64,000 bases of DNA from Octopus vulgaris (lineage: Eukaryota), in assembly GCA_951406725.2 (NCBI GenBank), contig OX597817.1:120280001-120344000 (forward strand), in the 5' to 3' direction. Made by a program: the position numbers and the translations under genes. Shown here in pieces: positions 10,888 through 24,671 of this stretch (position 1 is the first letter of the stretch; every line of letters starts with the position of its first letter). Under the pieces are notes generated by a model that was not told the DNA's origin, did not search any database, and saw nothing but the letters and a program-made list of their open reading frames with translations.

Positions 10888-13067
10888 CTGAAAGAAAATC
10901 AAGTCTTTATCAATATTCAATACATATATACTTTCTATTCAAAATATAATTAGTGGTTTAAAGTATGAATAGCAAAAGAAACCAGGTATATTTTTGCATA
11001 ACACAAATGTTATGCAGATATCAATATTTCTCCAAATATTTTTATATAGAAATAACCATTCACATATAATTTACATCTGCATAAGAATATTTTTTCTAAG
11101 TATACACTTATTTGTATATGAACATATGCAAATGTACAACCATAAAGAAATATCTAAAACATTTGCTTTCATGCTAAGTAACAAAACTACTACTAACTTT
11201 TCTAAAATTAACTAATCATACTTATGTCTATAGATTTTTCATGTTAACAGGTGGAAGTTTTCCGTACTAAATGCTTATTAAATAAAACACAGAATGTTTA
11301 TTAGTTCTTCCATGAATACATTCAAACTATTTGGCAAAAATTATGTCTAAATCTAATTTTTTAAATGAATTAAAAACAATTAAAGGAAATAACCAGTATA
11401 TATCTTATATTATCTTTTATCACTTAAGAAAACAAAAACAAACTAGAATTGATTAATTTTACTAATATATTTATGATAAAGGTATTTTACATGTCAATTA
11501 TAGAAAATACATCATTTCTGTTTCTAAAATTATATTAAATAATCTGTCACTGAAATACTGTACATGAATAGTATTCAGAAACCACATGAGGCTTGTTTAC
11601 ATTACTTTCTTTAAAACAAAAACAGAACAATTACTAAGAGGAATGCAACAAATACTGTTCTTATGATGAGTATACTATTTGAATTAGTGTATTAACTTTC
11701 TAAGTTCATTTCCTCACACCCACCATCCATCCAATCCACACAAACCATTAATCCAACTGGTTTTTGACTAAAATTTCAAATTTGATTTCATAAATTCAAA
11801 AATGTACAAAAATTATTTCAAGTAGAAAAAAATTGAATTTTCTTTAAATAACATGAAAAATCATGAAGTAAATGAATGCAAAATATACAGAAGGCATATA
11901 TACAGCTTTTATTTGCTTTGCTGATAAAAAAATAATTGTATATGTATTTACATGTGTGAATGTATAAATGCATGGTGAAAGCAAATGTATAAATGATGAA
12001 AGTGTGTACTTGTGCTCATTATGAATAATACATTTAAATATGCACATTACCATAACCTCAGGGTCCAATGAATAAATAAAAACAAAACTAATATACTGAT
12101 GTGTAATGATATTAAAGTTATTATATATATTTGAAAATCCTATATTGAAATAAATCCTGCCTCAAGTGTTCACCATAAAATTTATACAGATAAAGTAGTT
12201 TTGAATAAATAAATAAATAAATAAATACTACATTTACTTGAAACAACCTGAACAGCAAAGAAAGTAGTTTGCAGACACAGTAGGCTATTGAATGGAAGTC
12301 TCAAATCACTTCCTTGCCTTGCATTTTATTTACAAACATTCTTTCAAATAATATTCTTCATTCTAACTTTGAAATACTGATACCAACCACTCTGCAGAAC
12401 TAGTGCATCCTTCAGGATGCTTTTGTATATTTGGAATGTTACCTACCTAGTTAGTAACCAAATTTATTAGCCTATGACCACATCTATTTTTAATCAAAAT
12501 TGTCACCATAAGCAGTAAGAACCAGTACAGAAGTAACAAACTGAATGGATCATAAAAGTATTGGCTAGAGCACAACTATAGTACTCATATCAGCTTTCTG
12601 TAATCAGAGTTCAAATCCCAACATTTCAAAGTGAATAAATAAGGTACTAGTCAAGGGCTGGTGAATTACTGTAATCAGACAAGATGCCTTACAGCATCTA
12701 TTCCAACTCATTGAATTACGTTCTCATTCTGCCTACATGTCAATAGCAAGGACTAATTACTTAACCACAAGATCACAACATCTGATCAGTATTAACTATG
12801 AAGAGGTGTGAAGAGGTATGAAGAGGTGTGCCTACGCCCAACACAAACAACCCAGCAACAACATACTAAGGTTTCATCAAGCAGTGGATTACCAATGAGT
12901 AGGCTTAAGTCACCAAACATCTGATAAACATTCATAAAATAAATATATACACTTATAATTAATAAATTGCATTTTACTTTTTTTTTTTTAGAATTGTTAG
13001 TTAATTATTTTTTCAATTATTTTCTCAAATTATACTGTTCTAAAACATTCCTCATATTCTTTGTGTG

Positions 13068-13101
<34 letters not shown>

Positions 13102-14735
13102 ATGGAAAATACCAGCAGAAAAATATCTTTCTGTTACACATGTTGAAAATGAACATTCCAAACTAAACTATAATCACTTACTGAAACTACAATGAGAGAA
13201 TAATTTTTTAAATAGACGAGAAACCTTTTAAAATGCTATGAAACATGTCAAGATAAGAAGTTTGTATTAGTGAACATATTATTTTTCTATGATATTTATG
13301 TGAAATATAGATGTATACCAAAAAAAATTTTTAATTTGCTACAGAAACATGAAAAAGACATTGCAATAAAACCTTAAAAATGAGAATATGATGGAAATAA
13401 AATGTTACATTATTATTGGATTAAATATTTGATTTTTATAACTATTACTTCCAATATTTGTAGGTGTACTGAATTATATCTAGTGCAAATATATTATTTA
13501 AATCAACCTGTAAGAAAAAATTACTAAAAGTATACACATATGTAAGACTCTTATCTTGTAAAGCTATGCACAACTATCATTATCTTTTGAAAGAAATGTA
13601 GGTGGATTGTTCATGTAGCAATCAGAACTGAAGGAACACTGAAGTTATGCCAACGCAACAAAATAAAAATCATATCTTGTTAGGTTACCAAACAAGCTGT
13701 CATAGATAAGTGTGAATTCACAAATACAACACATACACATACACACATACATGCATATACAAAAGAGTGTTATTCAATGAAAACTGCTTTAGAAAAAGAA
13801 GTAAGGATCTACTAATTTATCGTTGAACTGTTACTTGATAAAAGTTAAAAATTCTAGCCAACAGCTTCAAAGTACCAGCCAGTTCTAAGTGAATTTAATA
13901 CATATAATATTCCCATGCTTATCTTTTTCACTATCTACACGTCAATATTCCAGAATGTCCTTTAGTTGAATCAATCCACACAGACGATATATTTCTATAT
14001 CACGAACAAAAATCACTTGGCATTTTGTCTTGGTCTGCTCTTGAGTATACAGTCAATAGGTTTTTCAGCATTTGTAGGTTGCAAATCATATGACTAAACA
14101 TGATGACCATTTGCTCAGTATTATTTAACATCTAGCAGTTTGAAAATAGGGGCTTGGAGTAAGAAGTCAAATAAGACTACTTCTGGTGGTAAAGAGTTTC
14201 TTACAGATACTTAACTGTAATACTTTCTACTATTCTACTTGTATATATCTACTACTACTACTACTTCATTACTAGTATGAAGAAACTACAGAAGTGAACA
14301 ACAAAATAATTTTGTGTCATGTTAGTGTTATCATATAGTCAAAGATCATTTCTTTTGGTTTATTTATATGGTATCTATGACAATTTCTACTGTTTCTCAA
14401 AAACTATATTTGTTTGTTTGTTTCTTACATGTCACTAAAGTTCAATACAATCCATGATTGTAGAACATATATGCAGAATGACCAGGAGTCAAGGAGATAC
14501 TTCACAGTGGTGAAAGTTGTTTTCTGAATTGCTGGCAATGTTAACAGAAGCTCTTCAATTCATTTTGAGGATAATTTTTTTAAGAGATGCCAACAAACCT
14601 TCACAAGCGCAAAATAGTTGTTTGCGAGTACACTTCTTGTTAATGTGCATGTTGTTGATTTTGTTCTGTCATTAAATATCAAGAAGGAATGTTAAATATT
14701 TTCAGAAGAAAAGAATCCAGCCTTCTGATTCACAT

Positions 14736-14904
14736 AAAGCCATCTTAAGATGTGAGCACACTGGGAAGTTGCCCAGGGGCTTCACAAGTGTAGGGACCCA
14801 ATTCTGATCGCTGTATTTTATGGCTCACTGTTAATTAAAAACTACTCAAGGGCCCAGAGCATTGATTAGCCTGGGGACCTATAAAGCTGCTGAGACAACC
14901 CTGG
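14736..14904 (+). mobile_element. MITE with hAT-like ends (same family as 63102-63330)
   Basis: gccatcttaag...cactggg..gttgcccagg...aattctgatc...gcctgggg.cctataa..gacaaccctg; colinear with the 63.1-kb copy. Confidence 0.6.
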
Positions 14905-17051
14905 ATTTACAGCTTACTATTTTCCAGTGGAAATCATACAAATGTATAGTAAAAGTTCAGATAAAGTTTTTCTCTCACACGTTTATGTCCAAGTCAAAGA
15001 GACTATATTGTTTTGAAAGAAGCTATTGCCAGCAATTTTCATCAATGCTGAGAAGAAACACCAATTTTTTTTCTATTTTCTCCACTTCCTGCCAATTTTG
15101 TTGTCTCATAGCTGATAGTGGTAAAAACTCCATTTTCTCTATAATTACATAAAGGACCCACTTTCTAAGCACCTCAGGAGCTGTCAATTTCATGACACAT
15201 AGTGATTCATTCTACAAGCACACCAGGTGCTCTTAACACCTATGATACTAACGTATCTCAGCAGAGTTTATCAATATTTGAGATAATGCTACTATCACAA
15301 GTATACTTTATGTCAAGAAGCACTGATTTTGATAAATATGAAAATATAGCTAAATATTATTCAATTTTAAAAGGTATTTTTTATCTACCTCCTAAACCAA
15401 TTATTCTTTGTGTATCTTTCTATATTTTCACTACTTAATTTTTTTAAAATGTATTATCCAGTCATTACTACACATTATGCAAATATGAGTGCAGCAGCAC
15501 TGCAATAAAAACCATAATATGAAACGGAATTTAATAAGATTGCCCTTTCGTATAGAGTTTACCAGTTTACCAAAACAGAATTAAATGTACTAAGTCCAGC
15601 AATAATAAAACTAAAAAGAAAATATAAATTTTTATTAGCCTCATTAATCAATTTAAATGGCCGAACATTTAAGCAGAAACTCAAACAGGATTGGAATAAG
15701 ATGTCTGTACTTTTGATACCCTTCAATACCTTGATTATCAACTGCTTAGGGATAAATTAATAAATAAAAAGAAATTAAATAACACTACATGAAAGTCTGA
15801 AGAAAATCAAACTAAATGTCACCAGATAGAACGAGACTACCAATTTTGTTTCTGAAACCATTTAAATTAAATGTATGTAATTGATGATGGCTCTCTTATC
15901 ACACTTCCTAAGAGAGAGGAGTGCTAAATTTACAAACTTCACTGGAACATACTAATTTTGACATATCACCAATGACTCACAATTATTAATCACTGTTGCA
16001 CAAACTTTTAAATTGATCTTTTAGTACAATTTCTAAACAGTGGTTACAATACTTTTGTTGATGCAGGTTGCATGTTGTGCATATTTGCTGCTACATCAAA
16101 TGACTCAACTCAATAGTCACATAATCAGTTCTAGTTAAAGCAGTTTGATGCAAGGGCTTGATTCATGCAGTTAAATAAGGCACAGTTACAGTCTTAGTAG
16201 AATGAATACCTTATTGTGAGACCTCATTACTTAACTTGAGCAAATTCTTACTACACTCATTCTAGAAGTGTTCTGAGTGAACAGGTTTTCTATGTTTGGT
16301 TTAATACCTTGAAAGTTCAAATCCTGGCATAGTTCAACTCTCAGGTCAATAACATAAGAATCAGGGATACTTCTGATCTAAAATTGGAAATGGAGTGTTG
16401 TCCAAACCTACCTGTGCATAACTGATAATGACAGAAATTCTCTCAGGTCATCTTTGATTTTAATAATCAAATAAGTTCAAAACTGTTATATTTGTTGAAT
16501 ATACTATATACAGAAATAGTTTCAATCCAATTCCAGCACAAAAATTTCAGTTTCCTTGCCCATAAATGGTATCAAAAAACCAAACAAATACATTCTACTT
16601 GCAGCATTTCTATAAGTTTTAATAAGTAATTAAAACAAATAATTTCTTGAAACTCTTGGGGGCTTGTAAGTACAATAAATATATAACAAATAAATAATAT
16701 TGTATTTGTAATAGAATCTCAAACTGATTCAAATTTTCTAAACAATTATACAGAATAAACATTGTGAATCACTACCATAATTGTTAAAGTTTTAAAGTTT
16801 CTTAAGTCTGTTCGTCATTGTGAGAAGAATTTCAAAATTCTTGCTCAAAGTTCTTCTTTGAGGAACAAGAAGAGTTGATTTGTCCTTCTTGATCTATGAG
16901 AATTTGGATTCATGTCAGGAAATGGCAGGCAGAGTCAGTAGTTATGCGAACATGGAAGTGGTCAGAGAAAGAAGAGAGGAAAAATTTGTGAGACAGTGAA
17001 ATGGCGAAAGAGAATAAGAGCAATGAGTGAGGATGAGAAGAAATGAAGATT

Positions 17052-17214
17052 TTAAATTTTTCATAACCAAATTTCTATTGAAAACCACTGTTCTTTCAAA
17101 TAATGTAGAATTTAGTAAAATAACTGTCATTATTAAATAAAATCACTTTAAAACAAGAAGCTTAAGTTACAGGACCAAAAGTGGTCTCAGTTTGGTTGAT
17201 ATCAAAAGGGTTAA
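17052..17214 (-). mobile_element. piggyBac-type MITE, decayed
   Basis: Ends atcaaaagggTTAA; inverse orientation of the 35404-35625 family. Confidence 0.6.
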
Positions 17215-17474
17215 AGCAGTAAGAAATACTTTTGGTTGCAAGAGCAGTGACTACAATAGAAAAAATCTTCTCAGCAATAGTATTTACATATAAGCACAAA
17301 CACACACGGCTAGAAGCACTACCATAATTCCTTTTCAACCAGACTAACTGCCAGTGTGTTTACCCAATTTGTTTATATGAATATCAATTGGCTATCTCAG
17401 AAATTATAGAAGCTTAAATGTTGAAGTTCATTATCAATACTGTATTCCAATTTTATACAAACCCAATAACGTAG

Positions 17475-18070
17475 AGGGGAGGGGGGGGTGATTACATTGA
17501 CCTGCTCAGCAGGTGTGTGATTTCATTGCTCCTGAAAGGATGAAAGGCAATGTTGACCTGAACAGCATTTGAACTCAGAATGTAGAAGAGCCTTAAAAAG
17601 TGCCTCTAAATATTTTCCCTGATGCCCTAATAATTACGAAACAAATTAAAAACAAAAATATTTTCTGCATTATTTTTAAGGTTGATTTTTTCCTCTCTTT
17701 TAGATAGGTGTGGATCTAAGCCCATAGCCATTTACAAGACCTATGACACTTTTGAGAGAGAGGGAAGAAGGTATTCTCAAACTGGAGACATGACTGCAAC
17801 AGAGTAGACTCCACTAAAAGTTCACAATATTAAATTGGGCAATGGATTATGTCTACTACTCAGATAGAGCCACAATAGCATTTGATTTCAGAAAAACAGA
17901 GAACTAAGCCAAATACAGCAAGGCATTCAGTCTAATATTTTTACATTTTATCAATCCCCAAATGGATAAAAGGCAAAGTTTAACTAGACAAGATTTGAAC
18001 TCAAAACACAGGGAGTTAGAACAAATAGTATGAGACATTCTATCTAACAACCTAATGAATCTGCTAATAT
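17475..18070 (-). mobile_element. Two decayed family B SINE copies (about 17475-17630 and 17940-18070)
   Basis: gaaaggatgaaaggcaa...atttgaactcagaa motif seen twice. Confidence 0.65.
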
Positions 18071-19639
18071 GTCATCTTTTTAGTAAGTTATTAGGATATG
18101 TGTTGGAAAAGCTTCAGGATATACAAAACACATCAGTTACACAAATACAAAATAAAGTAGAAACATAATTGACATAAGAAACAACAGCCAATAACAAATA
18201 CACTGAAAAAATAATTTAAACAGCAACTAAATTTATCCCAAGTATTGGTTACTATCATAATTAGTAGTGTAAAATACATTAAAATACTGAGCACGTAAAC
18301 AGAAAACAATTTCTTTTTCTTTTCATTCAATAACATTTAATTAATGCTGGATCACAAATATTTTCATTTGTGTAATGGAGTAGGTGGAGCGCACACAGAA
18401 CATAAATCTTGTTTTTATTTTTTTTTTTTAGTTTCTTAATTGTCTTTTACAGTTTTCAATGTATAATTTGAATAGCTGTAACAAACTTTATTTTGTCAAT
18501 AGACATGTGATTCAGTAGATCACATTGCAAGTTCATGGCTTTGAGCTCAGTCCAACTGTACAACACTTTGAGCAAATGCCTTCCAATCTAGCCTCATGTG
18601 GACAAGTGCCTTCTGAATGGAACTTAATAGAAAGGAACTGTGCAGGAGAGAGAGAGTGAGTGTGTGTGTGTATGTGTGTGTGCATGGTGTACCAGTGTAA
18701 AACAGTGTGTCCCTTTATAATAAAAGGTAACTTATTCACTGTAGTATATAGGCTAAAATCTCTTGAAGCCAATGCCACAGTTTAATAATTGCAACCATTA
18801 AAAGTGTAAAAGAACATAATACTCAATAACAATGTAGTTTTGATTCAGATCAATACACACACCAAGCTTTTCTAAAACTACATCATACTACTACTAAACA
18901 AACGATAAATATGAATTTACATCAGAACAGATTTAGAAAACATTAGAGAGAGAGAGAAAAATAAAAAAGAACACAGTATAATTTTTTTAAGCTCATCAAA
19001 AAGTAGTCAAATACAAGTATTTTAGTAATAGACTAAAAGTTTAAAAGCTGGTCTATAATTCTAATGATGATTATTGCAATTAAACAAAAAACTGCAAAAA
19101 TAGAAAAGAAATGTCATTTCTAGGAATTTTTCTGACTTCTTAAGATTAGATATTTTGTATCTAATGTAAAAGAAAAGAGCAATTTTGTATAAAGAAAAAG
19201 TGCCAAGTATACAGAGAAAAACTGCAAGTAGATAAAAAATTCAAAATAAAATAAAATAAAAAATCTTTTGAAGTGTAATAACTCATTGATATTTCCAAAA
19301 AGGGAACATTCAATTAAAATTATGAAAATACACTAAAATATACTAAAGTAGGTCTTCCTCACCGAAAAAGAGAGCAGACTTAGTTCTTAGCAAATTGGTA
19401 TTTATTCTTGAAATAGTAATAGTGTTTACAGAATAACTAATCAAAATTACGTGAATGTCAATATTAAAATGTATATAATAATTTCGAATGTCTCTAGGAG
19501 TAATTAAACAGATGTGTATTCTAATATTAATTGAAATAGATTAAAAATAAAGAACTTAATTAGAAATCTGTCACTAAAGTCTACTTTCTAAGAGAATAAA
19601 GAACCACTCATTAATTCAACAACTACAATAATAATAACT

Positions 19640-20045
19640 GTTTCTAATTTAGGTACAAGGCTAGTAGGGAGTAGGAAAGTAAATTACATCAACTTCAGTA
19701 CTTGACTGGTACTAATTTTATCGACCCTTAAAGGATGAAGGGCAAAGCTGACCTCAGCAGAATTTGAAATCAATAATAAAGACCCAGATAAAATATTGCA
19801 AAACACTTTTCCTGATGCAAAGTATGTTTTTTTTAATTCTGTGAACTCATTTCCTTCAATAACAATTATAATACCAGTTTCTGATTTAGACACTTCATTT
19901 TATTTAGATACTTCATTTTATTAAGCACTTCAGAGATGAAAAGCATAATAAACATCAGAAAATTTGAACTCAAAACTCAGAAAGCTAGAAGAAAGCTGAC
20001 AAGGCATTTTTTTCTAATGTTCTAATAATTCTGCCAGCTCACAAC
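19640..20045 (-). mobile_element. Two decayed family B SINE copies
   Basis: ggtacaaggc...ctggtact..ttatcgaccc.taaaggatgaagggcaaag...gaatttgaa, then a second tttgaactca...ttctgccagctc. Confidence 0.7.
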
Positions 20046-21333
20046 CAGTTTTCAATATATGTAAGGCCAGAGATTTCTGAGAAGTGGTCTTCAAAAGAGA
20101 CTCCGTCTGACAACATTATGTCATGTTATCTCTATGCTAGCAGACTACCCATACTGTGTTACAATATTTAGAACAAGCTAAAGATCAATGTCACAAACCA
20201 ATGTCCTGGATGGGGCCACTGTAGTTCATATCATCATCATATACTTCATTACCACCCTGTATTTTTGTGTGGTGGGAGGTATATAAAATATGCCTTTCAC
20301 CTCATTTCATCTGCAGTATTAAGGGTAACACACACATTCCCATGTGCTCTTCCCAGATCAATAGAACATTGTTCCACATATTTGCTGGGGCTTTTGTCTT
20401 TTGTAGTCATATGGAAAATTCTTCCACTTTTGAGAAGCAGTGATATGTTACTTTCTAGCTTGTTATTTTCCTTAGGTAGTAAAGCAATTTCCTGTAACAT
20501 ACTTCTAGTATGTTTTATTTTTTTTATCCCTTAAAGTTTACCCATATCTACTGACTTTTTCAGACTTACCATTTCAGCAAAGTTGTTGTTTAAAATGTTG
20601 GTTATTGACATTTGTGTGTGTATGTCAAGCTGCAAATGTTTGTTTTATTGTGTCTGTCTCTATACAACTATGATTTTCTATTTCTATATTTCATAAATAT
20701 GTTAAATTTTGGGAGGTGGAGATGGGTAAAATATGTATTGTTACATGCTCAGTGAGGTCATTCTGCCATCATATCAGTGAATGCCTGGCTTACAAATATA
20801 TATTTTTGAAAAGTGACAGCAAAAATGTTTGCTTCAAGTCATGTTATCAGATACAACTTAGAAAGTAACATCACCTCATTGTCTGGAAGATAAAAACTAG
20901 TAAATTCTTTCATGTACCTGAGTAACAGCATAGTTTGTACACAGACAGATGTTCAGCTACATATCAGTAAAACTTGAACAACACTTAAATGTCTCTGCAT
21001 AATACTAAAATATAAGCACACAGATAATATGTAAAAGAACTTCCATTCACTGTTTCAACCTGTGTTACTTTATGGCTCTTTTAACTGGACTACGTAAAAA
21101 ATGCAAACAAATGAAACTATGCTGGATAGTACCTATAAATGCATGTTTCATGCCATTTTGAATGTGACACAGGTTTAAAGCCTTCCCACTTGAAACTACC
21201 AAAATCATCTAATATCAACTGACCATATAGTCTCAGATTGCCCAGTCTCAGTCAAGAGAGAAAAAAAATCTACAGGCATGGCAATGTTAAAGCTTACATG
21301 AACTAAAATTATATCAGCATTACAAAATATAAA

Positions 21334-21562
21334 GCAGCGAGCTGGCAGACATGTTAGTGCGCCGGGCGAAATGCTTAGCGGTATTTCATCTGTCGTTACG
21401 TTCTGAGTTCAAATTCCACAGAGTCGACTTTGCCTTTCATCCTTTCAGGGTCGATAAATAAAGTACCAGTTTCGCACTGGGGTCGATGTAATTGACTTAA
21501 TCCCTTGGTCTGTCCTTGTTTGTCCCCTCTATGTTTAGTCCCTTGTGGGCAATAAAGAAATA
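21334..21562 (+). mobile_element. Full-length SINE family B (tRNA head plus Deu/Nin-like domain)
   Basis: gcgagctggcaga head, gagttcaaattcc B box, gtcgactttgcctttcatcctttcagggtcgataaa core, tail ...cccttgtgggcaataaagaaata. Confidence 0.9.
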
Positions 21563-21836
21563 TATACCGGCATTACAAAATACCAGAAGAAAAAGTGATA
21601 AAAATATACACAAGAAAAAATCTGAGAGACTGACACAGACTGACATAAAAGGACTGACACAGTGGTTATACTCTGTGATATGCCAATTCTCAGAAACAGA
21701 GGTATATACACGGAAAGGTATACTTCTTGAGCAAACTAACAGTCCCAGTAAGTAAAATGCACCTCTAAACAAATGAAAAATTTAGCCAGATATAAAAATG
21801 TAGAAATAGAGATAACTAATAAGCAATCATCATAAT

Positions 21837-22220
21837 GTGGAAGCACTCCATCGGTTACGACGACGAGGGTTCCGGTTGATCCGATCAATGGAACAGCTTG
21901 CTCGTGAAATTAACGTGTAAGTGGCTGAGCACTCCACAGACATGTGTACCCTTAACATAGTTCTCGGGGATATTCAGCGTGACACAGAGAGTGACAAGGC
22001 CGGCCCTTTGAAATACAGGTACAACAGAAACAGGAAGTAAGAGTGAGAGAAAGTTGTGGTGAAAGAGTACAGCAGGGATCACCACCATCCCTGCCGGAGC
22101 CTCATGGAGCTTTAGGTGTTTTCGCTCAATAAACACTCACAACGCCCGGTCTGGGAATCGAAACCGCGATCCTACGACCGCGAGTCTGCTGCCCTAACCA
22201 CTGGGCCATTGCGCCTCCAC
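21837..22220 (-). mobile_element. tRNA(Arg)-like SINE (family C), young, with TSD
   Basis: Head gtggaggcgcaatggcccagtggttagggcagcagactcgcggtcg...gtttcgattccc; CpG-rich; TSD aatcatcataat at 21825-21836 and 22221-22232. Confidence 0.9.
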
Positions 22221-22588
22221 AATCATCATAATACCAAGTGCCTTGAGAATGATTTTGAGAAGTTACCAATAAATACAGAATCACACCTTTAGGACTTACA
22301 CATACACATGAATATAGTAAATTAGCACTTCTAGGCAAATATTATGTTGAGTATAAGAGAAAATACACCAAACAAAACTGCATGTACCAAAAGTACAGAG
22401 GTGCAGTCAGTTGGCAAGTGAAGCATGCAATAAAAATAAGACACTGAGAAAATAATACTCTTGTTCTGAACATCATAATCAATTTGCCATTGCAACTTAC
22501 AAAATTGTTCTATTTTAATAATTTTATATTCTAATAAAATTTTAATAATTAAAACAATATTTTAATAATTGAGTTTTCTTTATTTTAT

Positions 22589-22982
22589 TCTTTTATTTGT
22601 TTCAGTCATTTGACTGCTGCCATGCCGGAGCACCACCTTAAGGGGTTTTAGTTGAACAAATCAAACTCAGGAATTATTCCTTGTAAGCCTAGTATTTATT
22701 CTATCAGTCTCTTTTGCAGAACCAATAAGTTACGGGGACATAAACGCACCATCATCAGTTGTCAAGCAATGGTGGGGGGGGGGGGGACAAACACAGACAC
22801 AAACACATAAATATATACAAATATATATAGGATGGGCTTCTCTCAGTTTCCATTTATCAAATCCAGTCACAAGGCTTTGGTTGGCCTGGGGCTACAGTAA
22901 AAGACATTTGCCCAAGATACTACACAGTGGGGCTGAACCCAGAACCATGTAATTGGGATGCAAGCTTCTTACCACACAGCCA
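22589..22982 (-). mobile_element. SINE family A copy
   Basis: Reverse complement of 4346-4745 along its length. Confidence 0.9.
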
Positions 22983-24632
22983 GTAAGTATTTTTTAGGTA
23001 TATCACCAATATTATAGAGAAATAATATAATCCATCAACTAATAACACTCTAGCAATGGTACTGTTTCCCTTTTTAAGTGGGTTATCTCACCTTCATAGT
23101 GGTATGTATCTAATAAGTCTAACAAGCCACCTAGTCAGTTCATAACTCCAAACTGCACTAACATTCATTGTAGAGAATTATATGGCCAGTAAACATATGC
23201 ACACTTATTCCCAATATATTTGTGGCTTTGTGTCTAAAGAATAGATTAATAAAGCAGCAATTGAATCAGGAGCAATATTTTACCCATTTGCCACTTTAAT
23301 TTCATTATTTTATTATAATACAAATGAAAACAAGAGATTTTACACCAAAATTATAATACCTGTGATAGAGTTATTCAGATTATCTCTTTATAACTATCTG
23401 AAGAGGAGAGGGGAATTATTTCTGAACAATTCAAAGAAAATAAAATTTACACGCATTTAGCATAAAATAATTTCAACTAATTGCTAATTTATTGCAGAAC
23501 TTATATTCAGTCAATGTTGGACAGAATAGAGAGTTAACTAAAAGCTGTTAATTTGAAATAGCATCTATTTGAAATGTAAAATAAAACAAAAAAATAATAT
23601 AATATAATTTAATCATTGAACTTACATTGAAAACTGTACGTGATCTACTTTTATTAAATTAAGGAAGCTTAATTTAAAGAATTTATCTTAATTTAAAAGA
23701 AAAACCTAGCCTTTTATTTCATTAAATTTAATTTCAAGCCTTCAATAGATATTTAACATTCAAGATAAAGAATTTGATAGAAATTATTTTAAAAGAATAG
23801 GTTTCTTTTTAAGATAAATCAATACGTAAACTGGATTTTAAATGGTTTTAAGAAAATTTGTTTTACAATGGAGATATGATTAAGCAGTGAGGAAACTAGT
23901 TTAACATTTTATATGAATATTTCTAGAGAATCTTCTACTAAATTTATGCACAAAAGATACAAGTTTTAAAACTAGAATTCTAAATCAAAGTTGGGAGTTG
24001 AATTTTACATGAGGTTAATACAAAATTTCACTTGACTATATCAATGATTCTTCATACAATCAAGTTTAGACTACAACTTGATTTATTTTATAGTACAATA
24101 ATAACTCAAAACATATTAGTTTTTATTAATATAGTTTTATTTATCAATTAATTTTAAGATATGTATCCTGAAATTAATTATGTTTTATGACTATGTATTT
24201 GTTTTATATATCTATGCTTTTAATAAATGGTATAGCAAAAGCATCAAGAAATAAGTTTAACATGAACTTGTATACAATCCTGTTATTAAAAAATTATCAG
24301 TTCCATTTCTGGAATCCAATCTATCAACCTAATTTATATCAAATAAGTGCAACACTTTGATATCCTATTTCAAAATTTAAATTAGAACCACTTTAAACAC
24401 AGGATTTCATTGTACATACATAATTACTGTAGCTACACAAAGCATAATTGTAAACCTCTTGTGATACTAGTTTGTGAACTAATTTTAATTTCTTTTTTTT
24501 ATTTCTATATGCATTTATGTACATATAAGAACAGAATGTGGTCCAACTTTGCATTATCAGAAGCCATTCAGTTTCTATTTCTCTCAAAAGAATGGAGAAA
24601 TACCAACATTAATAAATTTGATTCATTTAAAC

Positions 24633-24671
<39 letters not shown>

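Noticed and set aside
12798-12830. 10-bp tandem repeat (t[a/g]tgaagagg)x3 or other arrays as CRISPR-like
   Set aside because: No spacers, and a eukaryotic context; simple slippage repeat.
13440-13520. Exon after the minus-strand acceptor tttttcttacag
   Set aside because: No convincing donor and no supporting reading frame.
14480-15400. hAT transposase relic (..SSIISNIDKLC..)
   Set aside because: Only a short resemblance to hAT C-termini; too decayed to call or bound.
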